Shown here piece after piece: positions 46,723 to 56,693 of a stretch of DNA of 62,345 nucleotides. The stretch's first letter is position 1, and each line of letters starts with the position of its first letter. Source of the DNA: Candidatus Nomurabacteria bacterium (lineage in GTDB: Bacteria > Patescibacteriota > Minisyncoccia > Phycocordibacterales > UBA2100); the NCBI GenBank assembly GCA_943359395.1, contig CALRHH010000005.1, positions 1 to 62,345 on the forward strand, given 5' to 3'. The notes below the pieces were generated by a model, which worked only from the letters and a program-made list of their open reading frames with translations, had not been told where the DNA came from and searched no databases. The position numbers and the translations under genes were made by a program.

Positions 46723-46914
46723 ATGGGTGACTTACGTTTTGATAGCGAGAGAGATGAGTTTAGTCGTCCCGAAAGTCCAAAGACCGATTTGACGGGTATG
46801 CTTATCACGTGGGGTCTCGTTTCGAACAGACAACAGGCCGAGTACGTAATGATAGGACTTGCAGTTGTTATTGCGTTGATAGCGTTCTTTGTGTACCGTA
46901 GTTCGACTGGTTGA
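46723..46914 (+). CDS. Small hypothetical membrane protein
   Basis: 63 aa with a C-terminal TM helix; TATACT lies 6 nt before the ATG. Confidence 0.6.
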   Translation: MGDLRFDSERDEFSRPESPKTDLTGMLITWGLVSNRQQAEYVMIGLAVVIALIAFFVYRSSTG

Positions 46915-46966
46915 AATAGAGGAGCAGTGTGTACTGCTGTAACACATTAATTTGCGACTTACGTAT

Positions 46967-47437
46967 ATGAATGAGCAGAAAAGGATGGTACGCGAGAGGG
47001 GATTCACTCTTATCGAATTGCTCGTCGTTATCGCTATCATCGGGCTTTTGTCATCGGTTATTCTTGCGTCACTGAACGGCGCTCGAAATAAAGGAGCTGA
47101 TGCCGCAATCAAGTCTCAGTTAAAAAGCGTCCAATCACAGGCTGAGCTTGTGTACGACGATGCGGTACCGAATAGCTATGAGGGTGTTTGCGAGGATGCG
47201 AATATCGTAAAACAGGTCACAGGAGCCAAGAACTCCGGTGGAGCAACGACAGTTAGTTTTTTGGACTCTACCGCTTCTGTGCACGATACAACAGCCGTGT
47301 GTCATGATTCCGCTGACGCATACGCCGTCGAGGTTCCCCTCAAGACAACCAACACGTCTTCATACTGTATTGATAGTGATGGTACGGCTGAAATTACGAC
47401 ATCAGTACTCTCCGCCAATACATACGTCTGCCCGTAG
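46967..47437 (+). CDS. Type IV pilin / prepilin
   Basis: Class III signal GFTLIELLVVIAIIGLLSS; ARNKGADA; YCIDSDG. Confidence 0.92.
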   Translation: MNEQKRMVRERGFTLIELLVVIAIIGLLSSVILASLNGARNKGADAAIKSQLKSVQSQAELVYDDAVPNSYEGVCEDANIVKQVTGAKNSGGATTVSFLDSTASVHDTTAVCHDSADAYAVEVPLKTTNTSSYCIDSDGTAEITTSVLSANTYVCP

Positions 47438-47461
47438 AAACCGCGCACCATAAGAATGTAC

Positions 47462-47495
47462 AAAACCCCGCAATCGACGGGGGATTTTGTTTTTT
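47462..47495 (+). terminator. Rho-independent terminator after the pilin gene
   Basis: AAAACCCCG-CAATCGA-CGGGGGATTTT followed by GTTTTTT. Confidence 0.6.
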
Positions 47496-47507
47496 GCCGG
47501 TGGTACA

Positions 47508-47566
47508 CCCCGTGAGATAGAGAATTCGAGCCCTCTGCAATACGTGAATGTAATTATCTCACGGGG
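47508..47566. mobile_element. MITE-like inverted-repeat element, copy 1
   Basis: CCCCGTGAGATA...TATCTCACGGGG, 59 bp, flanked by TACA/TATA. The right flank is TATACT, 6 nt before the rpe ATG. Confidence 0.65.
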
Positions 47567-47578
47567 TATACTGTCCGC

Positions 47579-48268
47579 ATGATTGAGATAATACCCACGT
47601 GTGTTCCACGCGATGCCAGTGACCTTGCCGCTGGGGTAGAAGCCGCAAGTTCTTTTGCAACAGCCATACACATTGATATTGATGACGGTATTTTTGCTCC
47701 AATTACGACATGGCCATATATCAAACAGGGTGAGTTTGCGTCTTTCGACCTTTCGCCGGCGGAAGGGATTTTTTCCGAATTACATCTTATGGTTGAGGAG
47801 CCCAAAGAGATTGGCAATGCATTTGCACGGGCAGGCGCACGACGTATTGTCGGACACGTTGAAGGTTTTGCAGACGGGAATGAAGTGCGGGACGCCCTGA
47901 GCGCCTGGAGAAGAGCGGGGGCTTCCGAGGTGGGACTCGGTCTTCTTTTGCGGACGCCGTTTGAGGTAATCGCCCCGCATGTTTCTGAGTGCGATGTGGT
48001 GCACCTTATGTCCATTGCAACAATCGGGACGCAGGGAATCCCGTATGAGTCAAGTGCGCCCGCACGCATTGCGGAATTTCACCGACTGTTTCCCGGCGTC
48101 ATGATATCCGTTGACGGAGGTGTATCGGAAAATAATATTGCGGACTTGGTACGTGCGGGAGCGAGGCGCTTTGGAGTCGGTGCGGCAATTTCAAAAGCAC
48201 CAAATCCGAAAACAGCATACGAACATTTAAAATCTACGGCAGAAAATGCGCTAGACCCCGTGAGATAG
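47579..48268 (+). CDS. rpe: Ribulose-phosphate 3-epimerase
   Basis: IHIDIDDGIF, ELHLMV, LMSI..IG.QG, SVDGGV, GVGAAI. Confidence 0.88.
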   Translation: MIEIIPTCVPRDASDLAAGVEAASSFATAIHIDIDDGIFAPITTWPYIKQGEFASFDLSPAEGIFSELHLMVEEPKEIGNAFARAGARRIVGHVEGFADGNEVRDALSAWRRAGASEVGLGLLLRTPFEVIAPHVSECDVVHLMSIATIGTQGIPYESSAPARIAEFHRLFPGVMISVDGGVSENNIADLVRAGARRFGVGAAISKAPNPKTAYEHLKSTAENALDPVR

Positions 48269-48314
48269 TTACTTTCACGCAATACAACAGAATCGAACTT
48301 GTTATCTCATGGGG
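48256..48314. mobile_element. MITE-like inverted-repeat element, copy 2
   Basis: CCCCGTGAGATA...TATCTCATGGGG, 59 bp, flanked by a TAGA/TAGA direct repeat. Supplies the rpe stop. The right flank is TAGAAT, 6 nt before the transketolase ATG. Confidence 0.7.
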
Positions 48315-48326
48315 TAGAATAGGACA

Positions 48327-49190
48327 ATGGAACTACTGACTGACGAAGAGATACGCGAGCTGAGGTGTCATGCGCGTGATATCCGCACGACTATCGTTGA
48401 AATGCTCGCCGAGGCGAAGTCGGGACACACGTCGGGGCCTCTCGGTATGGCTGATATTTTCGCGGCACTCTATTTTCGCGTGCTGCATCATGACCCGAAG
48501 AATCCCGACTTACCGGAACGAGACCGGCTCATACTTTCCAACGGCCACATCGTCCCCGTGCGGTATGCGGCGATGGCGCACGCGGGTTACTTTCCGGTAG
48601 AAGAATGTCTCACGTTGCGCAAATTCGGAAGTCGTCTGCAGGGACATCCGGAGCGCGACATGCTCCCCGGGATGGAGACGACGTCGGGGCCGCTGGGCTC
48701 TGGGTTATCGCAATCTTGTGGCTATGCGTACGCTGCGCGCATGGATGGGAAGACCTTCCGCATTTTCTGCGCGATGTCTGATGGAGAACAAGAAGAGGGA
48801 AATACGTGGGAAGCGGTCATGTTTGCAGGTAAGTATCGCCTGAACAATCTGACCGCAATCATGGACCGCAACAACATACAGATAGACGGCAACACCGAAG
48901 ATATCATGCCGCTTGAGCCGATACGGGATAAATACGAGGCGTTTAATTGGCATGTTATTGAAGTGGACGGACACAACATTCCGCAATTCATCGCTGCATG
49001 CGACGAAGCAAAGGCTGTCCGCGAAAAACCGACGCTCATTCTTGCGCACACTATCCCAGGCAAGGGAATCCCTACGATTGAAAATGATTACCGCTGGCAC
49101 GGCAATCCCCCAGGAAAAGGTCCGGTTGATAAAATTCCCGCCGATAAACAGAAGCAGGTTTTTTTGGATGAAATCAAGGCCTCACAGTAG
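48327..49190 (+). CDS. Transketolase, N-terminal (TPP-binding) subunit
   Basis: SGHTSG, DRLILSNGH, SRLQGHP, GPLGSG, SDGEQEEGNTWEA, HTIPGKG. Confidence 0.93.
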   Translation: MELLTDEEIRELRCHARDIRTTIVEMLAEAKSGHTSGPLGMADIFAALYFRVLHHDPKNPDLPERDRLILSNGHIVPVRYAAMAHAGYFPVEECLTLRKFGSRLQGHPERDMLPGMETTSGPLGSGLSQSCGYAYAARMDGKTFRIFCAMSDGEQEEGNTWEAVMFAGKYRLNNLTAIMDRNNIQIDGNTEDIMPLEPIRDKYEAFNWHVIEVDGHNIPQFIAACDEAKAVREKPTLILAHTIPGKGIPTIENDYRWHGNPPGKGPVDKIPADKQKQVFLDEIKASQ

Positions 49191-49191
49191 T

Positions 49192-49617
49192 ATGCAATCA
49201 CGCGACGTAGGCGCAAGTTTTTTCATCAAGCTCGAGCGCGGGGAGGAGGTCATCGCGACGCTGACGGATTTTTGCACGCGCCGCGGCATGCGGGCCGGAG
49301 TATTTCAGGGAATCGGTGCAGTGGAGCGGATACAAATTGGGTACTATGACCTAGGCAAAAGAGAGTACTTCTTCCGCAGAGAGGAGGGTGTATTTGAAGT
49401 GGCAAGTATGCAGGGTAATGTGGCGCTCGTGGAAGAAAAGCCGTTTATCCACGCGCATGCGGTACTTTCGCGCTGCGATGAATCCCTTGAATGCATCGGT
49501 GCGCACATCAAGGAAGCTTACGTTGCTGTTACCTTGGAGATTCACATGACGCCGCTCGAAGCATCGCTTTCTCGTAAGCTGGACGACTCTATTGGACTTA
49601 AATTGCTCAACATATGA
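49192..49617 (+). CDS. DUF296 / PPC-domain protein
   Basis: IKLERGEEVI, GIGA, EVASMQGN, FIHAHAVL, GAH, T.EI. Confidence 0.85.
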   Translation: MQSRDVGASFFIKLERGEEVIATLTDFCTRRGMRAGVFQGIGAVERIQIGYYDLGKREYFFRREEGVFEVASMQGNVALVEEKPFIHAHAVLSRCDESLECIGAHIKEAYVAVTLEIHMTPLEASLSRKLDDSIGLKLLNI

Positions 49618-50615
49618 TTAATCCTGAAGCAAAATTGGCCGGAAATATCTTCGATAAACCCGCAATGGCGAGCACGCGCGAGGGTTTCGGCAAGGGTGTG
49701 GTCGAGGCGGGGCAGACCGACGAACGCGTCGTCGTCCTCACCGCCGACCTCGCGGAATCTACGCAGGCGCATCACTTTCAGAAAGCTTTTCCTGAGCGTT
49801 TTATCCAGTGTGGCGTCGCAGAGCAAAACATGGCGACGGTTGCGGCAGGCATGGCTCTGTACGGGAAGATTCCCTTCTTCACTTCTTATGCCGCATTCAG
49901 TCCCGGGAGAAATTGGGAGCAGATACGCACCACTATTGGTATCAACAACGTTCCCGCCGTTGTTTGCGGAATGCATGCGGGCGTTTCGGTGGGGCCCGAT
50001 GGAGCCACGCACCAAGCGCTTGAAGACATCGCGCTCATGCGCTCCATCCCACATTTTACGGTCATTTCCGCATGCGATTCAGAAGAAGGTCGAAAGGCTA
50101 CTATCGCTGCGGCAAAATTGGGAAGTCCCGTGTATCTGCGGTGGGGCCGTGACAAATCACCCGTAATGACGACGTCTGATACGCCGTTCGAGATAGGGAA
50201 GGCAAACGTTGTCTGGCAAGCACGGCAAGGCGAGGCCTTGCCGTGTGTGGCGATTTTTGCCACAGGCCACCTTCTTTATCAGGCGCTCGTCGCGGCGCGG
50301 CAGCTCGAAGGGGAAGGCGTAGCCGTCACGGTCACCAATGTGCACACAATTAAACCCCTCGACAAAGAGACCATACTCCGCGAGGCTCGTGCCGCAGGAG
50401 CTGTCGTCACTGTAGAAGAGCACCAGATCGCAGGAGGGTTCGGCGGAGCAATAGCAGAACTTCTTGCGCAAGAATGCCCGCTTCCGATTGAATTTATTGG
50501 CGTGCACGACAAATTCGGTCAGTCAGGCGAGCCAAAGGAACTCATCGAGCACTACGGCATGGGTGCCTCGCACATCGTGGCGGCGGTAGAGAAGGTCGCA
50601 GCACGAAAAAAATAG
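49614..50615 (+). CDS. Transketolase, C-terminal subunit
   Basis: GVAEQNM, GPDGATHQALED, VTVEEHQ..GG.G, DKFGQSG. Confidence 0.93.
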   Translation: MINPEAKLAGNIFDKPAMASTREGFGKGVVEAGQTDERVVVLTADLAESTQAHHFQKAFPERFIQCGVAEQNMATVAAGMALYGKIPFFTSYAAFSPGRNWEQIRTTIGINNVPAVVCGMHAGVSVGPDGATHQALEDIALMRSIPHFTVISACDSEEGRKATIAAAKLGSPVYLRWGRDKSPVMTTSDTPFEIGKANVVWQARQGEALPCVAIFATGHLLYQALVAARQLEGEGVAVTVTNVHTIKPLDKETILREARAAGAVVTVEEHQIAGGFGGAIAELLAQECPLPIEFIGVHDKFGQSGEPKELIEHYGMGASHIVAAVEKVAARKK

Positions 50616-50632
50616 TCGCGAGGAGTTTAGTT

Positions 50633-51616
50633 CTAGAGTTGCGTCGTTTGAAAGTCAGCGGGGCGTTTCGCGTACCACTCCTCTATCTCCGCACGCGTGA
50701 GAAGTTTGGTTTGAGCGCCGACGCCTTGTACGACAGATGCTGCGTTGATAACGCCGCGCAAGAGTGCTTCGCCCGCGGGCATTCCCGAGTGAATGAAAGC
50801 GACCGTAGTCGAGGCGGTAGCATCGCCCGCTCCTGTGCGTGAGACTGGAGGTGCGGGGTCTGGATACATTGGCACATGCCAGGCTCCTTTTTCATCGAGA
50901 ATGTTCGAACCGTTTGGACCGTCGGTGACGACCACGGTCTTTGGTCCAAGTATTCGCAGCCCCTCCATAAGTTTTTTAATATCATTCTCCTGTGTTTTCA
51001 GTATTGTTTGTGCCTCTTCTTTGTTGCAGAAGAATATTTCAGTGACAGCGTAGACGTCTTTGAGTGCCTCTGCACCGAGTTTTATCTGGAATGTTCCGGG
51101 CTGGAAGGCGAGTTTAGTCTCGGGATGCTCGGCACAATATGTCGCAACCTCATGATGGAATTCTTTCGCACTTTCGCCAAGAGAAGTGAGGTAGATGTAC
51201 CGGGGAGGCTCTGAGAATTTTGGAAGGGCGTACTTAAACGGTACCTGCTTTACTAGAATCGTGCGTTCCGCACCGTACATTAGGACGTAATGATAGTTGG
51301 TCGGGAGTCCTTTTTGTGTCTCAACGTATTCATCCGATACGCCATTACTTTTAAGGGTTTCGCGGCAGTGTACGCCATTCTCGTCGTCACCAACTCGCGC
51401 AATGAGTGCCGACGAGAGTCCGATGCGGTGGGCGGAAACGGCAGCATTGGCAGCATTGCCCACCGCGCGCACCTCCGTCATTTCTTCGAAGGGGACCTTG
51501 TCTGCGAAGCGTACGCACAGCTCGCGCGTACCGTGATTCATGTGTTCTTCTGCATCTTTCAATCTGATAAAAGCGTCGGTAGTAATGTCGCCAATGGCAA
51601 CGAAGTCATATTTCAT
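50633..51616 (-). CDS. PfkB-family carbohydrate kinase
   Basis: GNAANAAV, RVGDDENG, N.EEA, VTDGPNG, RTGAGDA. Confidence 0.9.
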   Translation of the reverse strand: MKYDFVAIGDITTDAFIRLKDAEEHMNHGTRELCVRFADKVPFEEMTEVRAVGNAANAAVSAHRIGLSSALIARVGDDENGVHCRETLKSNGVSDEYVETQKGLPTNYHYVLMYGAERTILVKQVPFKYALPKFSEPPRYIYLTSLGESAKEFHHEVATYCAEHPETKLAFQPGTFQIKLGAEALKDVYAVTEIFFCNKEEAQTILKTQENDIKKLMEGLRILGPKTVVVTDGPNGSNILDEKGAWHVPMYPDPAPPVSRTGAGDATASTTVAFIHSGMPAGEALLRGVINAASVVQGVGAQTKLLTRAEIEEWYAKRPADFQTTQL

Positions 51617-51727
51617 GTGATTTTGCGAAATCATGCCGCGTCACGTCTTTTGAAACGCGGACATTCGTCACTCATTGTAGCACGACATCGAGTTGCGCTA
51701 TGGGGAAAAATCCGTATACTGCTGCCC

Positions 51728-52387
51728 ATGTTAGCGCTTGATGTCAAAGCCCGCGTTGAAAACGAATCAGCAGATACGCTCCGCAAAAATGGCGCGGTGC
51801 CGGCTGTTTTTTACGGTCCCAAGGAGGAGACGACGGCGATTTCAGTTGATGCGCGTAAGCTCGCTTCCGTATGGCGCGAGGCGGGGGAGACGACCATCGT
51901 CACCTTGAAAGGCCTCGGCGAGGACAAGGATACACTCATTCATGACGCGCAATTTCACCCCGTAAATGGCCAGCTTTTGCACGCGGACTTCTACGTGCTT
52001 GAGAAGGGCAAGAAAATCAAGATAAGTGTGCCGCTTGAATTTGCGGGAGTCGCCCCAGCCGAAAAGTCTGGGCATATCATCGTCAAGGCGCTTCATGAGG
52101 TAGAGATTGAAGTTGCTGCTGCGGAGCTTCCTCACCACCTCGTTGTCGACCTTACGACGCTCATTGCTGTCGGTGACCACATTACTGCTGCACAAATAAA
52201 ACTCCCGCCGAGCGCAACGCTCGTCACACACGCCGAGGAAATCGTCGCGTCCGTCACGGAATTCAAGGAAGAGGTTGTGGAGGTTACACCGGCACCTGAG
52301 ACCATCATAACGACCGAAAAAGTGGCGGAAGCTGGGGAGAGCGAAGGTGAAGCCGCACCCACAAAAGGGGAAAAGTCCGAGAAGTAA
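51728..52387 (+). CDS. rplY: 50S ribosomal protein L25 / general stress protein Ctc
   Basis: VPAVFYG, Q.HPV....HADFY, VPLEF.G, LP..L.VD; TATACT lies 7 nt before the ATG. Confidence 0.93.
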   Translation: MLALDVKARVENESADTLRKNGAVPAVFYGPKEETTAISVDARKLASVWREAGETTIVTLKGLGEDKDTLIHDAQFHPVNGQLLHADFYVLEKGKKIKISVPLEFAGVAPAEKSGHIIVKALHEVEIEVAAAELPHHLVVDLTTLIAVGDHITAAQIKLPPSATLVTHAEEIVASVTEFKEEVVEVTPAPETIITTEKVAEAGESEGEAAPTKGEKSEK

Positions 52388-52413
52388 ATTTGGTATACTC
52401 TGTGTATACGTGT

Positions 52414-53772
52414 ATGCGCTCTCATAGAGCAGTTTTTTTTGTCGCGATTCTCTTGACCTCAGGAGGTTTTTTAGTACCTCAACACGCGTACACTCAAACG
52501 AGTCAAGTAACGAATCAGGAGGAGCGAACCGCTCTTCAAGCGCAGCTCGATCAAATAGAAAAAGACATTGCAAACAATCAGGGGACACTTGGCACTCTGC
52601 AGCAGCAGCGCACCACGCTCGAGCGTGATATCGCGATTCTTGATAATAAGATACGGACCGCTCAACTTAACATCAAACAGAGCGACCTTACCCTTTCTCA
52701 ACTCAAGGGAAATATCACGGAAAAGCAGAAGTCAATCGCGCAGGTAGATGCAAAAGTTTCTCGAAGCGAGGAGTCTCTAGCCCAGCTGTTACGTCGCACA
52801 CGTGAAATCGATGATGTTTCCCTTACGCAGCTTGCTCTGGGTGAGAGCCTCGAGGACTTTTTTCAGGATGTAGATGATTTTCAGTCGATACAGAAGGCTC
52901 TCGGGGAATCGTTTGTCGAGATGGCTGCTCTGCGGGAAGACCTCGCGGGCCACAAGGCGGCGCTCGAGGACAAGGAGGACCAGGCGAAGAAGGTGCGGCA
53001 AGTACAGGTACTCGCGAAGCAAGCGGTTCTTGAGGACGAGAAGAAAAAACAATCAATACTCTCCGCTACCAAAGGACAAGAGAAGACCTACCAGCAGTTG
53101 ATTGCGGAGAAAAAGCTGAAGGCGAGTGCCATTCGCGCAGCACTGTTCGGCTTGCGTGACTCAGGCGCAATTCCTTTCGGGACGGCATACCAGTACGCAA
53201 AGGAAGCCTCGGAGCAGACGGGAGTTCGTCCTGCTGTTATACTCGGAGTTCTTAGACAGGAGACGAACCTGGGAGAGAATGTGGGATTGTGCCTGCTCAC
53301 CAATTCTCCCGATAAAGGTGATGGAAAAGGAAAAAACACAGGTCGGGCATTTAATCAGGTTATGAAGGGTTCTCGCGACGTTGACCCATTTATGCAAATT
53401 ACGAGTGAGCTCGGGCTCGACCCGTTTGCGCAGGTCGTTTCGTGTCCACAGTCGAGTGGCTACGGAGGTGCAATGGGACCTGCGCAATTCATTCCTTCCA
53501 CATGGATGCTCTACCAGGACAGACTTGCGAAAATGACCGGACAGAATCCTCCCGACCCGTGGAGCGCGCGTACCGCTATATTTGCGACCGCGCTCCTTAT
53601 GGCCGACAACGGCGCGGACAATGGCACGCGCGCATCGGAGCGTCTAGCCGCCCTCCGCTACTTTGCCGGTTGGGCTTATGCCACCAAACCTGCCTATGCT
53701 TTCTACGGGAGCGGCGTTATGGGGTACGCGGACCAGTATCAGGCCGACATCGATATTCTTGAGGGGAAATAA
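52414..53772 (+). CDS. Coiled-coil + lytic murein transglycosylase (SLT-like) protein
   Basis: Signal/TM segment, long coiled coil, GVLRQET..G, GAMGPAQFIPSTW, AALRYFAG. Confidence 0.8.
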   Translation: MRSHRAVFFVAILLTSGGFLVPQHAYTQTSQVTNQEERTALQAQLDQIEKDIANNQGTLGTLQQQRTTLERDIAILDNKIRTAQLNIKQSDLTLSQLKGNITEKQKSIAQVDAKVSRSEESLAQLLRRTREIDDVSLTQLALGESLEDFFQDVDDFQSIQKALGESFVEMAALREDLAGHKAALEDKEDQAKKVRQVQVLAKQAVLEDEKKKQSILSATKGQEKTYQQLIAEKKLKASAIRAALFGLRDSGAIPFGTAYQYAKEASEQTGVRPAVILGVLRQETNLGENVGLCLLTNSPDKGDGKGKNTGRAFNQVMKGSRDVDPFMQITSELGLDPFAQVVSCPQSSGYGGAMGPAQFIPSTWMLYQDRLAKMTGQNPPDPWSARTAIFATALLMADNGADNGTRASERLAALRYFAGWAYATKPAYAFYGSGVMGYADQYQADIDILEGK

Positions 53773-53922
53773 AAAGCATATGAGTGTCGCAAACCGAAAG
53801 GCCGCTACTGCGGCACTGCTGTTTGTAGCCAATCGCTTCGCTCTTGATTGAGCACAATCACCTACCGGGTGGACAAACAGGGAGCTTGTTAATTTGGCTC
53901 GAATTCTGTATAGTGTGCCGAC

Positions 53923-54192
53923 ATGAAAAAAAACCTTCATCCAGATTCATACCGACAGGTTATCTTCGAGGATTCCACCTCGGGGAAGCGTTTTTTGATT
54001 GGCTCTACCATAGATACGCAAAAGACCGACAAGTGGGATGATGGCAAAGAATATCCTGTCTTTCAGGTTGAAATATCAAGCGCATCACACCCTTTTTACA
54101 CAGGCACGGCCAAGACTATCGACACTGCAGGACGCGTAGATAAGTTCAAGAAGCGTGCGGCATCTACGAAGGTGAAGAGAACAAAGAAATAA
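53923..54192 (+). CDS. rpmE: 50S ribosomal protein L31 (type B, Zn-free)
   Basis: [31 protein letters not shown]; no Cys. Confidence 0.95.
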   Translation: MKKNLHPDSYRQVIFEDSTSGKRFLIGSTIDTQKTDKWDDGKEYPVFQVEISSASHPFYTGTAKTIDTAGRVDKFKKRAASTKVKRTKK

Positions 54193-54198
54193 CGGCAC

Positions 54199-54238
54199 AT
54201 AACGCCGAAGCCCCGCGCATGCGGGGCTTCGGCGTTAT
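54199..54238. repeat. Perfect 18-bp palindromic hairpin between rpmE and prfA
   Basis: ATAACGCCGAAGCCCCGC-GCAT-GCGGGGCTTCGGCGTTAT. Confidence 0.9.
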
Positions 54239-54248
54239 ACTTATAACT

Positions 54249-55235
54249 ATGGCAGACAAAAAGGAAATAAACCTCGAGGAATACGCGAATGACCATCGTG
54301 TCTCTTATCTTATTGCCGAATGGAATCGCCTCTCGCAAGGAGAAAAGGATGCGGAAGAATTGATGGAAGTTGACCCCGCCATGAAAGAACTAGCGGAGAA
54401 AGAGCTCAACGAGATTGAAAGTCAGAAGAACGTGCTTATGAAGCAAATAGAGGCAATTGTGGGCGGCGACAACGAACGCGAATGGCCGAATGAAGTCGTT
54501 GTCGAGGTGCGTGCCGGCGTCGGGGGCGATGAAGCCGCGCTTTTCGCGGAAGAACTTGCGGCTATGTATGTGAAGTATGCTGAGATAAAGGGATGGAGTT
54601 CGAAGGCTCTCGACGAATCGCGTAATTCACTGGGGGGGTACAAGGAAGCGCAATTTGAAATAAAGGGGGCGAACGTATATCGCAAGTTACAATATGAAAC
54701 GGGGGTGCATCGCGTGCAGCGTGTCCCTGCCACAGAGAAAGCGGGACGCATCCATACCTCAACGGCTTCGGTCGCTATCCTTCCTATATACAAACGGACC
54801 AAGATAGAGATAAATCCTTCAGACCTTGAAATAGAGACATCGCGCTCAGGCGGCGCAGGGGGGCAGAACGTAAATAAGGTGGAGACGGCCGTGCGCATCG
54901 TCCACATACCGACGGGCATCGACGTGAAATGCACGTCCGAGCGCTCTCAAGCGCAGAATAAGGAAAAAGCCATGACGTTGCTTATAAGCCGTATCCAACA
55001 ACAGCAGGATGAGCGTGAGGCGCGTGAGCGGGCGGCGGACCGCAAAGCGCAGGTGGGGACGGGAGACCGGTCGGAGAAAATACGCACTTACAATTTTCCC
55101 CAGGACCGCGTAACCGACCACCGCATCAAAGAATCATGGTCAAACGTACCGAAGATTATGGCAGGGGGTATCGAGCCAATCCTCGAAGCGCTCGCGAAGG
55201 TCGAGGAGGGCAGCGAGGTTGCGACCAGCGCGTGA
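54249..55235 (+). CDS. prfA: Peptide chain release factor 1
   Basis: [24 protein letters not shown] (PxT), [25 protein letters not shown]. Confidence 0.96.
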   Translation: MADKKEINLEEYANDHRVSYLIAEWNRLSQGEKDAEELMEVDPAMKELAEKELNEIESQKNVLMKQIEAIVGGDNEREWPNEVVVEVRAGVGGDEAALFAEELAAMYVKYAEIKGWSSKALDESRNSLGGYKEAQFEIKGANVYRKLQYETGVHRVQRVPATEKAGRIHTSTASVAILPIYKRTKIEINPSDLEIETSRSGGAGGQNVNKVETAVRIVHIPTGIDVKCTSERSQAQNKEKAMTLLISRIQQQQDEREARERAADRKAQVGTGDRSEKIRTYNFPQDRVTDHRIKESWSNVPKIMAGGIEPILEALAKVEEGSEVATSA

Positions 55236-55256
55236 ATTTGCTAGTATCTCCCGCAC

Positions 55257-55994
55257 ATGACAACCGCAGACATCAAGACGCTTTTTGAGGCAGGTGCGCA
55301 TTTCGGCTATCTCCGAGCGCGCCGCCATCCCACGGCTTCCCCCTATCTATTTGGCACAAAAGACCGAACCGATATTTTCGACCTCGAAGAGACGACCAAG
55401 CGCCTCGATGCGGCCTGTGCGTTCATTACGTCAGTCGTAGCGGCTGGCAAACAAGTCGTTTTCATCGGAGGTAAGCACGAGGCTATGGGCGTTGTGAAAG
55501 ACGTCGCAGAACGCGTTGGCGCACCGTACGTCGCGGGCCGGTGGATTGGAGGCACACTCACAAATTTCAAGAATATCCGGAAGCGCATTGACCGTCTCGA
55601 GCAACTCATGAGCGAGCGTGCGAGCGGTGCCTTGGAGAAATACACGAAGCGCGAACGCCTCATGATTGACCGCGAGATTACAGAACTTCTCGGACGTTTT
55701 GGTGGTCTCGTGAAAATGACTGACCTTCCTGCGGCGCTTTTCATCGTCGACACGCGTCACGAAGACACAGCAGTGCAGGAGGCCAACCAACTTAAAATCC
55801 CCGTAGTCGGACTCTCGAGTTCTGACTGTGATTTCTCACTCACACAGTATCCAATTCCTGGAAACGACACGTCCATTCGTTCGATTGCTCTCGTCGCAAA
55901 TGCGATTGGAGAAGCTTACGCAGAGGGTAAATCTGCAGCCGCAGTCGCAAAAAGTGTTCCAACGAACGGAAAGACAACGACGGAAGGGAAGTAA
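55257..55994 (+). CDS. rpsB: 30S ribosomal protein S2
   Basis: LFEAGAHFG, RWIGGTLTN, PGND.SIRSI. Confidence 0.97.
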   Translation: MTTADIKTLFEAGAHFGYLRARRHPTASPYLFGTKDRTDIFDLEETTKRLDAACAFITSVVAAGKQVVFIGGKHEAMGVVKDVAERVGAPYVAGRWIGGTLTNFKNIRKRIDRLEQLMSERASGALEKYTKRERLMIDREITELLGRFGGLVKMTDLPAALFIVDTRHEDTAVQEANQLKIPVVGLSSSDCDFSLTQYPIPGNDTSIRSIALVANAIGEAYAEGKSAAAVAKSVPTNGKTTTEGK

Positions 55995-56021
55995 TCCCTT
56001 CGGCAGAATTTATACGGTATA

Positions 56022-56085
56022 CCCCGTTAGATAGTCATTTCCTTTTACATTACTCAGAACATTCGGATTTTATTATCTAACAGGG
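56022..56085. mobile_element. MITE-like inverted-repeat element, copy 3
   Basis: CCCCGTTAGATA...TATCTAACAGGG, 64 bp, flanked by TATA/TATA. The right flank is TATACT, upstream of tsf. Confidence 0.65.
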
Positions 56086-56108
56086 TATACTGAGAGAGAA
56101 TTTTTTGT

Positions 56109-56690
56109 ATGGCAACAACGGAAGAAATAAAAGAGCTTCGCGACCAGACGGGGGTCGCGATTATGCAATGCAAGAAGGCGCTTGAGGAAGCAGGCGGGGA
56201 TATTGAGAAGGCGAAAGTTATACTCCGCAAAATCAGCTCCGCCATCGCCGCAAAAAAATCAGAGCGTGCGCTCGGCGCAGGCATCGCTGCCGCGTATACT
56301 CACGCGGGGGGTGCGGTCGTGGCGGCAGTCGTGCTCGGCTGTGAGACGGACTTCGTCTCTAAAAACGAGGAGTTTTCGAAACTTGCCTACGATATCGCGA
56401 TGCATATTGCCGCGATGGGTCCACAATTTACGTCGAGAGACGATATCAAAGAGAGCGATTTAAAGGCCGCACGGGAGGTTTTTGCTGAAGAAGCCGCCAA
56501 AGTTCCCGAAGCAGCGCGTGCGAAAGCAATTGAGGGGAAAGTAGACAGTTATCTGCGCGAACGCGTTCTCCTCGAGCAACCGTATGTAAAAGATTCCAGC
56601 GTCACTATCGGTCAGCTTATCGACTCTGCAATGCAAAAGTTCGGCGAGAAGATAGTAGTCGTGCGTTTCGAGCGGCTCTCCGTCAAATAG
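56109..56690 (+). CDS. tsf: Elongation factor Ts (short form)
   Basis: IKELRDQTG...CKKALEEAGGD, CETDFV, LLEQP.VKD, GEKIVVVRF. Confidence 0.95.
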   Translation: MATTEEIKELRDQTGVAIMQCKKALEEAGGDIEKAKVILRKISSAIAAKKSERALGAGIAAAYTHAGGAVVAAVVLGCETDFVSKNEEFSKLAYDIAMHIAAMGPQFTSRDDIKESDLKAAREVFAEEAAKVPEAARAKAIEGKVDSYLRERVLLEQPYVKDSSVTIGQLIDSAMQKFGEKIVVVRFERLSVK

Positions 56691-56693
56691 TGT

